NCBI RefSeq assembly: GCF_006345805.1
Contig: NC_042997.1
Location: forward strand, 126,294,001 to 126,358,000
Direction of reading: 5' to 3'
DNA length: 64,000 nucleotides
DNA from: Octopus sinensis
Taxonomy: Eukaryota
A program made the position numbers and the translations under genes. Within the stretch, counting starts at the first letter, position 1; every line of letters begins with the position of its first letter. Of the stretch, positions 53,240-64,000 are shown piece by piece. The notes beneath the pieces were generated by a model. That model saw only the letters and a list, made by a program, of their open reading frames with translations, had not been told where the DNA came from and ran no database searches.

Positions 53240-54112
53240 TTGAACCCACACTTCTCCTTCCATTGCTCTGCATTAGTGATGGTCTCTTCCCATGGCACTG
53301 TCAGCTCTAGCAAAATCCCAGTTCTCTATTCTGTGTTCCATAGGATTAAGTTCGGTCTTTTTGTCATTTTTATGATGGAAATATTAACAGTCTTTCCAAA
53401 TCCATGGCCAGCTCCCAGTATTCCTTACATCTTTCGTTTGTCTCGTATATTTTATTTGAAGGCCTGGCCTTATGTCCTTTTCCATCCTTCTGGAAATATA
53501 TTTTTCTGTGCTTTTCCACTTTTGGGGTACTCTCCCCTATTATATCCCTTGATCTTCTCCTTGAGTGATGCACTTATGACGCCGAGGACTTGATTGTGAT
53601 GCCATGTATATTTGTCTAGAGCTAACCAGCTGTTTGACAGAACATGTCTCACTGTCGTTTTCTCTCTGCATCTATATTCATCAGTTGTTTGTATGTTCCA
53701 CCAGACTAAATTTGCCAGTGCAGGTAAAACATCGAAGGTAGACTCGATCAGGAAGGATGTCCTTGCTTGTTCCCAAGCCCTAAGTTCCTTCCATGAGATT
53801 CTGCGACTGACTAGATATTCCTCCCATCACAGGCACTGTCCCTGTTGACTACATTACACCAAATGTACATTTCGCCTGTCTTCTTCCTCCTTTCTCACTT
53901 CCTGTACCACAGCCTCTTTCATCTCTTTTAAACTGCTCTTGCAAAATGGCCTGAAATTGTGCAACCCTAGATTGGCTCTTGCTTCTAGTGTCGCTCTGAC
54001 TATATCGGTGTGCCTTAGCTTTCTGATCGCCATGTTTACTGCCTCTTCAGCTTTCCATTTCCTCCCTGTACGTACCTTTGGAGGGAAGTCTGTTATGGAG
54101 ACATTGAACATG
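53240..54112 (-). mobile_element. HERO-like (restriction-like endonuclease) non-LTR retrotransposon C-terminal fragment
   Basis: TGRKWKAEEAV, SFLIESTFDVLP..ANL..W, HVLSNS..ALDKYTWHHNQVL, RPNLILWN, LLELTVPWEE. Confidence 0.8.
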
Positions 54113-54169
54113 CTTTAGAAAGCTTACAGCAATGAGGCAATGGGTTGTATGCAATGTATCAAGGGGCAA

Positions 54170-54570
54170 AAGGCGGCGAGCTGGCAGAAACATTAGCACA
54201 CCGGGCGAAATGCTTAGCGGTATTTCGTCTGCCGGTACGTTCTGAGTTCAAATTCCGACTTTGCCTTTCATCCTTTCGGGGTTGATTAAATAAGTATCAG
54301 TTATGCACTGGGGTCGATATAATCGATTTAATCCATTTGTCTGTCCTTGTTTGTCCTCTCTGTGTTTAGCCCCTTGTGGGTAATAAAGAAATAGGTATTT
54401 TTGTCTGTTTTTTTTGTGTTTCCATTCTGAGTTCAAATTCCGCCAAGGTTGGTTTTGCCTTTCATCCTTTCGGGGTCGATAAATTAAGTACCAGTTGCAT
54501 ACTGGGGTCGCTCTAATTGACTAGCTCCCTCCCCACAAATTTCGGGCCTTGTGCCTTGAGTAGAAAAGAA
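54170..54570 (+). mobile_element. Two adjacent SINE family B copies (second one truncated)
   Basis: AAGGCGGCGAGCTGGCAGAAAC head; TTCTGAGTTCAAATTCCG repeated at ~54427. Confidence 0.85.
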
Positions 54571-54697
54571 TGTATCAAGTGGCATGGGGACACTGTTAAT
54601 CAAGAGTTCTACTGACAATGTTTTGGAGCATTTGAGGGAGAATGTTTGGCAAAAGCGACCTGATCTTTGGAGCATGAAGAATTGGATTCTTCAAGAC

Positions 54698-54854
54698 AGG
54701 CGTCGGAGTGGCTGTGTGGTAAGTAGCTTACTTACGAACCACATGGTTCCGGGTTCAGTCCCACTGTGTGGTACCTTGGGCAAGTGTCTTCTACTATAGC
54801 CTTCGGCTGACCAAAGCCTTGTGAGTGGATTTGTAGATGGAAACTGAAAGAAGC

Positions 54855-54953
<99 letters not shown>

Positions 54954-55185
54954 TGTGTGTGTGTGTATACATTTGTGTGTCTGTGTTTGTCCCCCCAACA
55001 TTGCTTGACAACTGATGCTGGTGTGTTTACATCCCTGGAACTTAGTGGTTTGGCAAAAAAGACCGTTAGAATAAGTACTAGGCTTACAAAGAATAAGTCC
55101 TGGGGTCGATTTGCTTGACTAAAAGGCGGTGCTCCAGCATGGCCACAGTCAAATGACTGAAACAAGTAAAAGAGTAAAAGAGTAA
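54698..55185 (+). mobile_element. SINE family A, full length
   Basis: Family A consensus. Confidence 0.9.
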
Positions 55186-55194
55186 TACAATGCA

Positions 55195-55558
55195 CCCTGT
55201 CACTGAGCTCTCCTCACTTGTGAATTTCTCATCAAAAACAACATAGTATTGCTTCTGCACCTGCCATATTCACCAGATTTAGCACCTGCAGACTTCCATA
55301 TCTTGCCAAAGATGAAAATGCAGCTCAAAGGTTGCTGTTTTAACACTGTTGTCAAGATCAAGAATGTATTGCAGAAGGTCCTTGACTCACTTACAGAAAA
55401 CAACATCTAGTCCAGATCCCAAAAGTGGCAGGAGTACTAGGGCCGGTATAGTGCTGCACAAGATAACTATTTTGAAGGAGATCATGTTTAAATCTAGGTA
55501 TATAAACTATTTTTTATTAAACATAACTAACCTGGGAACTTTTTGATACCCCCTCATA
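55195..55558 (+). mobile_element. Mariner transposase C-terminal fragment with 3' TIR
   Basis: HLPYSPDLAPADFHILPKMKMQLKG; ends TTTTGATACCCCCTCATA. Confidence 0.85.
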
Positions 55559-56685
55559 TGCATGTCTAAATAAATAAAATACTTTTTATAATGTTCCTAT
55601 TATCTAAAAAAAGATTCTTTCGTTGATGGGTGAAATTATATATTGTTTGTTATGTATAGATTTCATTAAAATGTTCTCATCACGAACCAGATTGTCATGT
55701 AACTTTAAATGCATGTGACAGTCTTTACTATTTTTTGCCTGCTTCTCTTATATTCTTTAAGAATTCCAGTAAATTCTACCCCCAAATATTTAATATCACA
55801 AATTATGGTATAACTATTTCCTTCTCTATGAATTGATCAATATAAATTCTTTCTTGACATTTGGTCACTACGGTTCCTTATTACATAATCTGTTTGTCAT
55901 TCTTTCCATATAATCTGATATTACTGTTACGATTATTTGATCAACTTTCATGATCCAATACCAACCTCCACCTGACCTGACAGTTTCCCACCCTGCTTCC
56001 AGCCATTTTCATCGCTCTTGCTCCACACGCGATGTATAGTTGATTGCTTCGTTTTGGACAATGTCAGCTTGTTTGCTCACTCATGCATTGGTTTATTGTC
56101 TCGTTATTGATAATCTTTCACAATTTATTGCAATTCCTAGTGTGGCATGTTTACTTGTTAATATTTGGTCATAGTGTTATGGAACGGAGATTGGAACGAC
56201 AGGAGTAATGTAACAAGAGAGTGAAGACGGCAGAAAAGTTCATTACTTCACCAAATTCCAGTGTAATAGCTAAACACTGGCAGCAACAGTAGGAACGAAA
56301 CTAACAGGAACAACAACAACAAAAAGAAAGGTGCTTAATATTGCGCTCAGATAACTTTAAACTCATATTATCAGTTGGTGTAACTAGGGACACTCACACA
56401 CACATACACATACACACACAAACACACACACACAGATGCCCATACATACAGGATGGGCAAAAGTGGGTATAGTGTTGTTCAATATGAGTGGTTCATAATA
56501 AAGTCCCCAGAAATCAAAAAAAGTGGGCTTCCAGTGAACTAGGTACTCCAGCAGACCCCTTAGTCAACTAATGAACAGCCTAGGTTTACAAACAGAAATA
56601 GAGAAATGCAAAGAACATGCCACTTATATTAAGCAAATATATATCTACTTTTGCCCACCCCCTGTGTGTGTGTGTGCATGTGTGT

Positions 56686-57060
56686 TTGCTGTGTGGCAAG
56701 TAGCTTGCTTACCAGCCACATGGCTCTGGATTCAGTCCCACTGCATGGTACCTTGGGCAAGTGTCTTCTACTATAGCCTCAGGCCAGCCAAAGCCTTGTA
56801 AGTGGATTTGGTAGACGGAAACTGAAAGAAGACCGTCGCATATGTGTGTGTTTGTCCCCCAACATTGCTTGACAACTGATGTTGGTGTGTTTACATCCCT
56901 GTAACTTAGCAGTTCGGTAAAAGAAACTGATAAAATAAGTACTAGGCTTACAAAGAATAAGTCCTGGAGTCGATTTGCTTGACTAAAGGTGGTGCTCCAG
57001 CATGGCCACAGTCAAATGACTGAAGCAAGTAAAAGAGTAAAGGAATAAAAGAATAAAAGA
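56686..57060 (+). mobile_element. SINE family A
   Basis: Family A consensus with short internal tract. Confidence 0.88.
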
Positions 57061-57554
57061 ATACAATTCTTTTGTCTCTTTTCTCTGGAACTTGTTTTTC
57101 AATCATTGAAGAATTTTAATTGAATCAGGTGACTCAGTACTTATTTGTTTAAGTCTAGTATTTATTGTATTGGTCTCTTTAGCTGAACCACTAAGTTACA
57201 AGGATGTACACATCTAAATACAGCAGTTACACCAGTTGTTAAATGATGGTAGTGGTAGTGGGCAAATACAAACTCCCACCATCCCCACCACTCCACACAC
57301 ACTAGCACTGACTACTTCCCAGTACCTATGCCATCATCCACACACACATTACAGATGCACACACTTACACATGCACACATCCACATGTCAAAGTCACTAG
57401 TCCTTATCCACATGCACACACTTGCACACTCTCACATACACACACGAATGCACACCTTCATTTTGGGATCATCAGTACTTTATAATCTCCCCTTCTTCCT
57501 AGATCTCCTGTCCACAAGCTTTTTTTAATTCTCTCTGTTTATTTCCTCGTGTTC

Positions 57555-57590
57555 CTTTCTGTTGAAGAGTGTAGGCTCAAAACGTAAAAG
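57555..57590 (+). ncRNA. Degenerate minimal hammerhead motif (probably inactive)
   Basis: CTTT-CTGTTGA-A-GAG tgtagg CTC-AAAA-CG-T-A-AAAG; core substitutions at A6 and G12. Confidence 0.4.
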
Positions 57591-57910
57591 ACTTTCTCAC
57601 CTTCCCAAGCATCAAACTAATACACCTGCTTGTTGTTTATACACCTATCTTCATCTTTTGTTTTTCTGTAAATTTCAACTATATATATATATATATATAT
57701 AGCTGTAGAAATCAGTTGCAACGTCACAGGTGCCAAGCTGTATTGGCCCTTGCCTTTCCCTTGGATAACATCGGTGACGTGGAGAGGGGAGGCCGGTATG
57801 CATGGGCGACTGCTGGTCTTCCATAAAACAACCTTGCCCAGACTTGTGCCTCAGAGGGTAACTCTCTAGGTGCAAACCCATGGTCAGTGTCTGACCGAAG
57901 GGGGTCACCA

Positions 57911-57948
<38 letters not shown>

Positions 57949-57980
57949 TTTATTTTAAGCAGCAGAAAATTCAACAAAAT

Positions 57981-58018
57981 CTGTTACTCTGAGTTTCTCG
58001 TTGCCGTTCATCAGACAG
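57981..58018 (-). ncRNA. Hammerhead motif in the left arm of the Penelope element
   Basis: Reverse complement of the motif at 61510-61547. Confidence 0.6.
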
Positions 58019-59187
58019 TTTTTGCTAGAATGGAACCGATATATCAATTCAATCTAGACTCTTACAAACGCTACACCGTTAAAAAGAAATGGACTTGTTT
58101 GATTGGCCCTTTAGAAAAAAACGGTCAATCTCCGAGCGATAAACAAAAAGGTCAAAAAATATATGTATATATATATAAAAAATCTTATAAAAAAATTATA
58201 AAATCCGAGGAAAAAACCTTACATTGAATAAAATACATATTGACGTTAATGAAGAAAGTATAAATTAATTCATAGAAATTAAACCTGTTATAAATATTAC
58301 ACTGCAATACATATTTTTATTAAAATGTGCATATATATATCAACATACACAAAAGGATGCGCGCAAACGCCATACATATACAGACGTATGAATATAAATC
58401 TAAATATACACATAAATGCATGTGTACATATATTTACGCAAACCATCTCGCACGCAAGTTAAAAATGATCTATGTAGCGATTCTCATATACTGAGTAAGG
58501 AGGGGGGGAACGAAAGAAAAGAAGAGAGAGAAAAAGGAACGAAGGAGGGGTGGGGAAAAAAACGAAATAAGAAAAAATTATGTATACAAGCTGTGTAATG
58601 GCATTATTGGCATATATGGAGACAAGTATAAACACAAGTTCGAATGGATACATACACATACAGTCGTGTATATGTGTGCTTAAGCACAAACATACTCTCA
58701 CTTACACATACACAGATACGCATGCTTACAAATACATACCCTCGGCTATACACATACTTACATCAACATTCTAATTTTGACAACATTGCTTTTTTTAAAA
58801 AAACATTGCTTTTTTTTAAAAGAATGGGTGCATTAATAAAAATATATACGAAAGACATATAAAATAAAATATAACACCCTATTTTGGATCATTTATAAAT
58901 AATCAAGGTAATATAAATAATCAAGGTAATCCTATACAATACAATAACATGAAAACAAAGTTGAAGGTTTTTTGATGTATATGTAGAAACATAAGACTTT
59001 GCTATACGGATTAAGATCCGCATAGCTTGGAAACAAAATCCATCGTAGCGCTCATCGTTCAAGAGTCAAAATCAAAATTTCAAAAATCAAAAATACAAAA
59101 TATATACTCTATCCATATGGTATATTTATATTCGAAATTTTAAATTTAGCCGCGTGCCTACATAAGTTCATTAGCTCACTTCTTTGA

Positions 59188-60401
59188 TTCGATGTACCGA
59201 TGGGGGCATACGACGGGGCTGAGTTATGTATGCTCATAGGAGCCTTTATTCTCCATAATCTAAAAATAGAATTCCCTTTTATAGATGCAGGTTTATATAG
59301 GGATGACGGCCTTATAGCCACGCATAATCTAAACGGCCATGAATCAGATAGACTTAGGAAGGACCTCATAGCTTTCTTTCAAAGGATGGGCTTATGGGTT
59401 ACGATAGATGCTAACCTGAATAGTGTAGATTTTTTAGACGTAAATTTTAATGTAAGATCGGATAGATTTAAACCTTTCCGTAAGCCCAATGAAAAGCTAT
59501 CGTATATTAGCAAAGATTCGAACCATCCACCAGTTATCCGTAGGAACTTAGTCAGCAATGTAGGTAGAAGAAATCTTCAATTTCTTCGGACGAGGCAGCA
59601 TTCCATAATGCTGCACCTTATTACGATAGTGCATTAAAGAATAGTGGATTCTCTGAGGAGATCCAGTTCAACCAGCTTAATGCTGATAATAATGCTGCAC
59701 GAAGAACTAGGACCAGGAAAGTTTTGTGGTTCAACCCGGCTTTCAATTTGGCCGTAAAGACTAATATAGGTAAGGAATTTTTGAGATTAGTCTCTAAGCA
59801 TTTTAAGCAGGGTCATAAATTCTATAGGATATTTAATAGAAGAACCCTGAAGGTTAGCTATTCTTGTTGCAGAAATTTCGCCTCTTACATTAGCCAACAT
59901 AATAGGAAGCTAATTGAGATTAGACATGGTGCCGAGCCCATTAAGAAATGCAATTTCAAAAACGAAAGCTCCTGTCCGTTAGAAGGGAAATGTCTAGTGA
60001 AAGGAGTAGTTTATAGAGCCAAGGTGCAAGTGGAAGACTCATCAGAATACAAGACATACACAGGGGCTTCAGAAAATTCATTTAAAACAAGATTTTATTC
60101 TCATAAAAATTCATTTAAATACCCAGAGAATAGGAAGAGGACCAGCCTAGCAAAATATGTCTGGGAACTAAAAGAAAAGGAAGCCCCACCTTTCAACGTG
60201 ACATGGAGCATTCTGGACAGGGCGGCACCATACAGGCATGGAGCATACAAAAATAATTTCAAGTGCAAACTTTGTCTATTAGAAAAAATGTACATCTTAT
60301 TCAAAGACAATAATTCTTTGAATCAAAGAAGTGAGCTAATGAACTTATGTAGGCACGCAGCTAAATTTAAAATGTCGAATATAAATATACCATATGGATA
60401 G
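59188..60401 (+). pseudogene. Penelope RT (C-terminal half) plus GIY-YIG endonuclease; one frameshift near 59570
   Basis: FDVPMGAYDGAELC, LYRDDGL, VDFLDV, SNHPP, WFNP.F...VKTNIGK.FL, VVYRA...YTGAS..FKTRF..H..SF, CKLCLLEK, LNQRSEL..LCRH. Confidence 0.95.
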
Positions 60402-61509
60402 AGTATATATTTTGCATTTTTGATTTTTGAAATTTTGATTTTGACTCTTGAACGATGAGCGCAACTATGGATTTTGTTTCCAAGCTATGCGGATCTTAAT
60501 CCATATAGCAAAGTCTTATGTTTCTACATATACATCAGGAAAAACCTTCAACTTTGTTTTCATGTTATTGTATTGTATAGGATTACCTTGATTATTTATA
60601 TTACCTTGATTATTTATATTACCTTGATTATTTATAAATGATCCAAAATAGGGTGTTATATTTTATTTTATATGTCTTTCGTATATATTTTTATTAATGC
60701 ACCCATTCTTTTAAAAAAAGCAATGTTTTTTTAAAAAAAGCAATGTTGTCAAAATTAGAATGTTGATGTAAGTATGTGTATAGCCGAGGATATGTATTTG
60801 TAAGCATGCGTATCTGTGTATGTGTAAGTGAGAGTATGTTTGTGCTTAAGCACACATATACACGACTGTATGTGTATGTATCCATTCGAACTTGTGTTTA
60901 TACTTGTCTCCATATATGCCAATAATGCCGTTACACAGCTTGTATACATAATTTTTTCTTATTTCGTTTTTTTCCCCACCCCTCCTTCGTTCCTTTTTCT
61001 CTCTCTTCCTTTCTTTCGTTCCCCCCCTCATTACTCAGTATATGAGAATCGCTACATAGATCATTTTTAACTTGCGTGCGAGATGGTTTGCGTGAATATA
61101 TGTACACATGCATTTATGTGTATATTTAGATTTATATTCATACGTCTGTATATGTATGGCGTTTGCGTGCATCCTTTTGTGTATGTTGATATATATATGC
61201 ACATTTTAATAAAAATATGTATTGCAGTGTAATATTTATAACAGGTTTAATTTCTATGAATTAATTTATACTTTCTTCATTAACGTCATATGTATTTTAT
61301 TCAATGTAAGGTTTTTTCCTCGGATTTTATAATTTTTTTATAAGATTTTTTATATATATATACATATATTTTTTGACCTTTTTGTTTATCGCTCGGAGAT
61401 TGACCGTTTTTTTCTAAAGGGCCAATCAAACAAGTCCATTTCTTTTTAACGGTGTAGCGTTTGTAAGAGTCTAGATTGAATTGATATATCGGTTCCATTC
61501 TAGCAAAAA

Positions 61510-61547
61510 CTGTCTGATGAACGGCAACGAGAAACTCAGAGTAACAG
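61510..61547 (+). ncRNA. Hammerhead motif at the 3' end of the Penelope element
   Basis: CTGT-CTGATGA-A CG gcaa CG A-GAAA-CTC a GAG-T-A-ACAG: stem I CTGT/ACAG, intact CUGAUGA and GAAA, GUA triplet. Confidence 0.65.
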
Positions 61548-61663
61548 ATTTTGTTGAATTTTCTGCTGCTTAAAATAAAGCATATTACTCTACCACTGGT
61601 ATTTGAGTACTCTTTTTTCCACCTTGTTTCACATTTATGTGTTTACTCCGGTATATATATATA

Positions 61664-61904
61664 CAGGGCTGGGCAAAAAATCACCCGACAGTAAATCGAA
61701 ATTCCATAAATATTAAATATTCAATTTTATTTATTCATTCCAATTATGAATGTTTAATAATTGAATGCTGTAAGTTGAAATCACTAATCCTTTATTCAAT
61801 ATTTGTCTATTTATTAGTGAAGTCTCATATAAAATAACTTTTTATTTTTATTTTAGAATTAAATGGATTTTGATTTACTGTGAGGTGATTTTTGACCAAC
61901 CCTG
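61664..61904. mobile_element. Tc1/mariner-type MITE
   Basis: TIRs CAGGGCTGGGCAAAAAATCACC..ACAGTAAATC / GATTTACTGT..GGTGATTTTTGACCAACCCTG with TA on both sides. Confidence 0.9.
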
Positions 61905-61937
<33 letters not shown>

Positions 61938-61939
<2 letters not shown>

Positions 61940-62354
61940 TCTTTTACTCTTTTATTTATCTCAGTCATTTGACTGTGGCCATGTTGGAGCACCGCATTTA
62001 GTTGAGCTAATTGACCCCAGGACTTATTCTTTGTAAGCCTAGTACTTATTCTGTCGTTCTCTTTTGCTGAACCGCTAAGTTATGGGGACGTAAACACACC
62101 AGCATCGGTTGTCAAGCAATGTTGGGGGGGGGGGACAAACACAGACACACAAACATATACACACATGCACACATACATATATACATATATACGACAGGCT
62201 TCTTTCAGTTTCTGTCTACCAAATCCACTCACAAGGCTTTGGTCGGCCCAAGGCTATAGTAGAAGCCACTTGCCCAAGGTGTCACACAGTGGGACTGAAC
62301 CCAGAACCATGTGGTTGGTAAGCAAGCTACTTACCACACAGCCACTCCTACACC

Positions 62355-62408
<54 letters not shown>

Positions 62409-62565
62409 TATATTTATATAACAGACTCCTTTCAGTTTCCCTCTACCAAATCTGCTCACAAGGCTTTGGTCATCCCAAGGCTACAGCAGAAAACTTTTGC
62501 CCAAAGTGCCACACCATGGGATTGAACCTGGAACCATGTGGTTGGGGAGTAAATTTTTTACCACA
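61938..62565 (-). mobile_element. SINE family A (61938-62350) plus a second head fragment (62420-62565)
   Basis: Family A consensus, reverse strand. Confidence 0.85.
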
Positions 62566-62569
62566 CATA

Positions 62570-63780
62570 TATAATTCAAATTATTGGTAGCTGCTTTTTA
62601 TACCTCTAGGCTGGCCTTCATTATGTAGGTAATTGATTCGCATATAACTTGACCCGCCTTAACTGCCCAGTTACAATACAAGACAGCACAACCTTCTTCT
62701 TTTACGTCAATGAAATGGACAAACCTCATTTTCAACATCAAATCATTTGTGGTGATACTTGTCCTGATTGCTTCTTCTGTTCCACTAACAAAATCCCTAT
62801 CTAATCTATTGATCTCTGTCACTACTTCATTAATTCACTCAATTGATTCCTCTGTAATGGCCCTCATCAGTGAGACTGCCCTTTTGATGATTGCTTTCAT
62901 CAACTCCTGCTTAACTAGTTTGCTGTTAGTCTCGCTGAAGGCCTTCACATCATAGCTTCACTGTCAATCTGGGGTGGGATACATACTCTTTTGCTGAAAG
63001 GTAAGTCTGTTGGGTAGATCCTCGTCATGTCATAAGATTTGTTGTTAGGGTTATAGAAGACAGAGTGTAGGGTGTTATTATCGTTGTGGATGTTGTCCAG
63101 CATTAATTTGTCCAAGTGTTTGAGTGTGATGGCAAATCAGAAACTGGACTTTAATTTCTATGTCAACAACCTGTGGTATCTCTCATCTGTCCAAATTGAC
63201 TCTGGTTTGCTTATCAATCCCTCAAATGCTGCTTTCATATATCATTGGATACCAGTCAGATATCTCAGCCAGAAGTTATGGACATTGCTTATCCTAGAAA
63301 CTTTCTTGTTGCTTGCAGTTCTGTTGGTGAGTTCTTTGATGGCTACAGTGGACCATACTTGTACTGCTATTAGATTTTCATATTTCTGCTTCCTTTCTGC
63401 TCCATTATATATATTTTTTATCATGTTTAGTGGTATTGTTCTATATTCCATCTCAGAAAGCTTAAGTTACAGTTGATATTGGTTATGTTCCTTTTTTTTT
63501 TTAATGTGTCTATGAAATCTTTTGACATAGTTTAAAATACCTTGTATTCCCGGAAGTAGAATTCACACTTTTCAGAAGTATTTTATATTGTATGCTTTTG
63601 CTGACATGATTTTTATTTATTGATGGTGTATTTGAATCTTTCTCGCATTAAATCTCTTCTTTTACATTTTGCTTAGTAATGATTGGTCTTTCTATGCATT
63701 CTTTCAGTTTTATGTGGTATATTTTTAGTACTTTTTGGGAGTGGGATTTATCAGAGAGTGTAAATCTATTAAAAAATCAA
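62570..63780 (-). other. Decayed coding-like segment, possibly a retroelement N-terminal region
   Basis: Chain of collinear minus-strand ORF pieces (62598-62822, 63242-63451) in repeat-poor, A-rich sequence; no diagnostic motif recognised. Confidence 0.3.
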
Positions 63781-64000
63781 AAGAGAAGATCCCCAAGATG
63801 TTAGTGTTCTTCAACACCAAATGTCTGAAAACTGCTTAATGGGGCATTTGGTTACACTCAAACACAATTTGAGAAATGGTTGCGTGATGAGGCCATGGAC
63901 TGCTCTAACACAAACTAGCTTGAGAAGTTTCCTTGTTTTATTCCTTTTTATTTCATAAATTTATTTCTGTGAGCATATGTGTATATATGTGAATGTGCAT

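Larger units (their letters stand above)
57948..61580 (+). mobile_element. Young 5'-truncated Penelope-like element with ~1.25-kb inverted terminal arms
   Basis: 57948-59190 is the reverse complement of 60320-61580 with only scattered differences; RT-EN coding region lies between the arms. Confidence 0.95.

Noticed and set aside
58030-59190. ORFs in the Penelope arms (e.g. MEPIYQFNLDSYKRY..., present twice)
   Set aside because: Duplicated only because of the inverted repeat; antisense to a 3' UTR with no protein motif.

Overview
AT-rich, repeat-saturated animal genomic DNA. The SINE families, mariner/CR1/RTE/Penelope mix and dense (TA)n/(CA)n/(TAA)n/(CAT)n microsatellites suggest a cephalopod such as octopus (inference). 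Almost all listed ORFs are microsatellite or repeat artefacts. No complete host gene is visible; one well-formed 108-bp plus-strand exon (30891-30998) suggests the window is mostly intron. Notable structures: (1) a young 5'-truncated Penelope-like element (RT + GIY-YIG) with ~1.25-kb inverted arms, each ending in a hammerhead-ribozyme motif (57948-61580); (2) an old RTE LINE whose RT reading frame is split by a same-orientation fragment of ATG14-like coding sequence (4322-4708) and by a Penelope endonuclease fragment; (3) several short elements carrying minimal hammerhead motifs, including a tRNA-headed SINE-like element (16098-16431); (4) recurrent fold-back palindromes; (5) decayed HERO-like, CR1-like, mariner and further Penelope copies. 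All protein identifications come from manual translation and motif recognition, not database searches; repeat boundaries are approximate.
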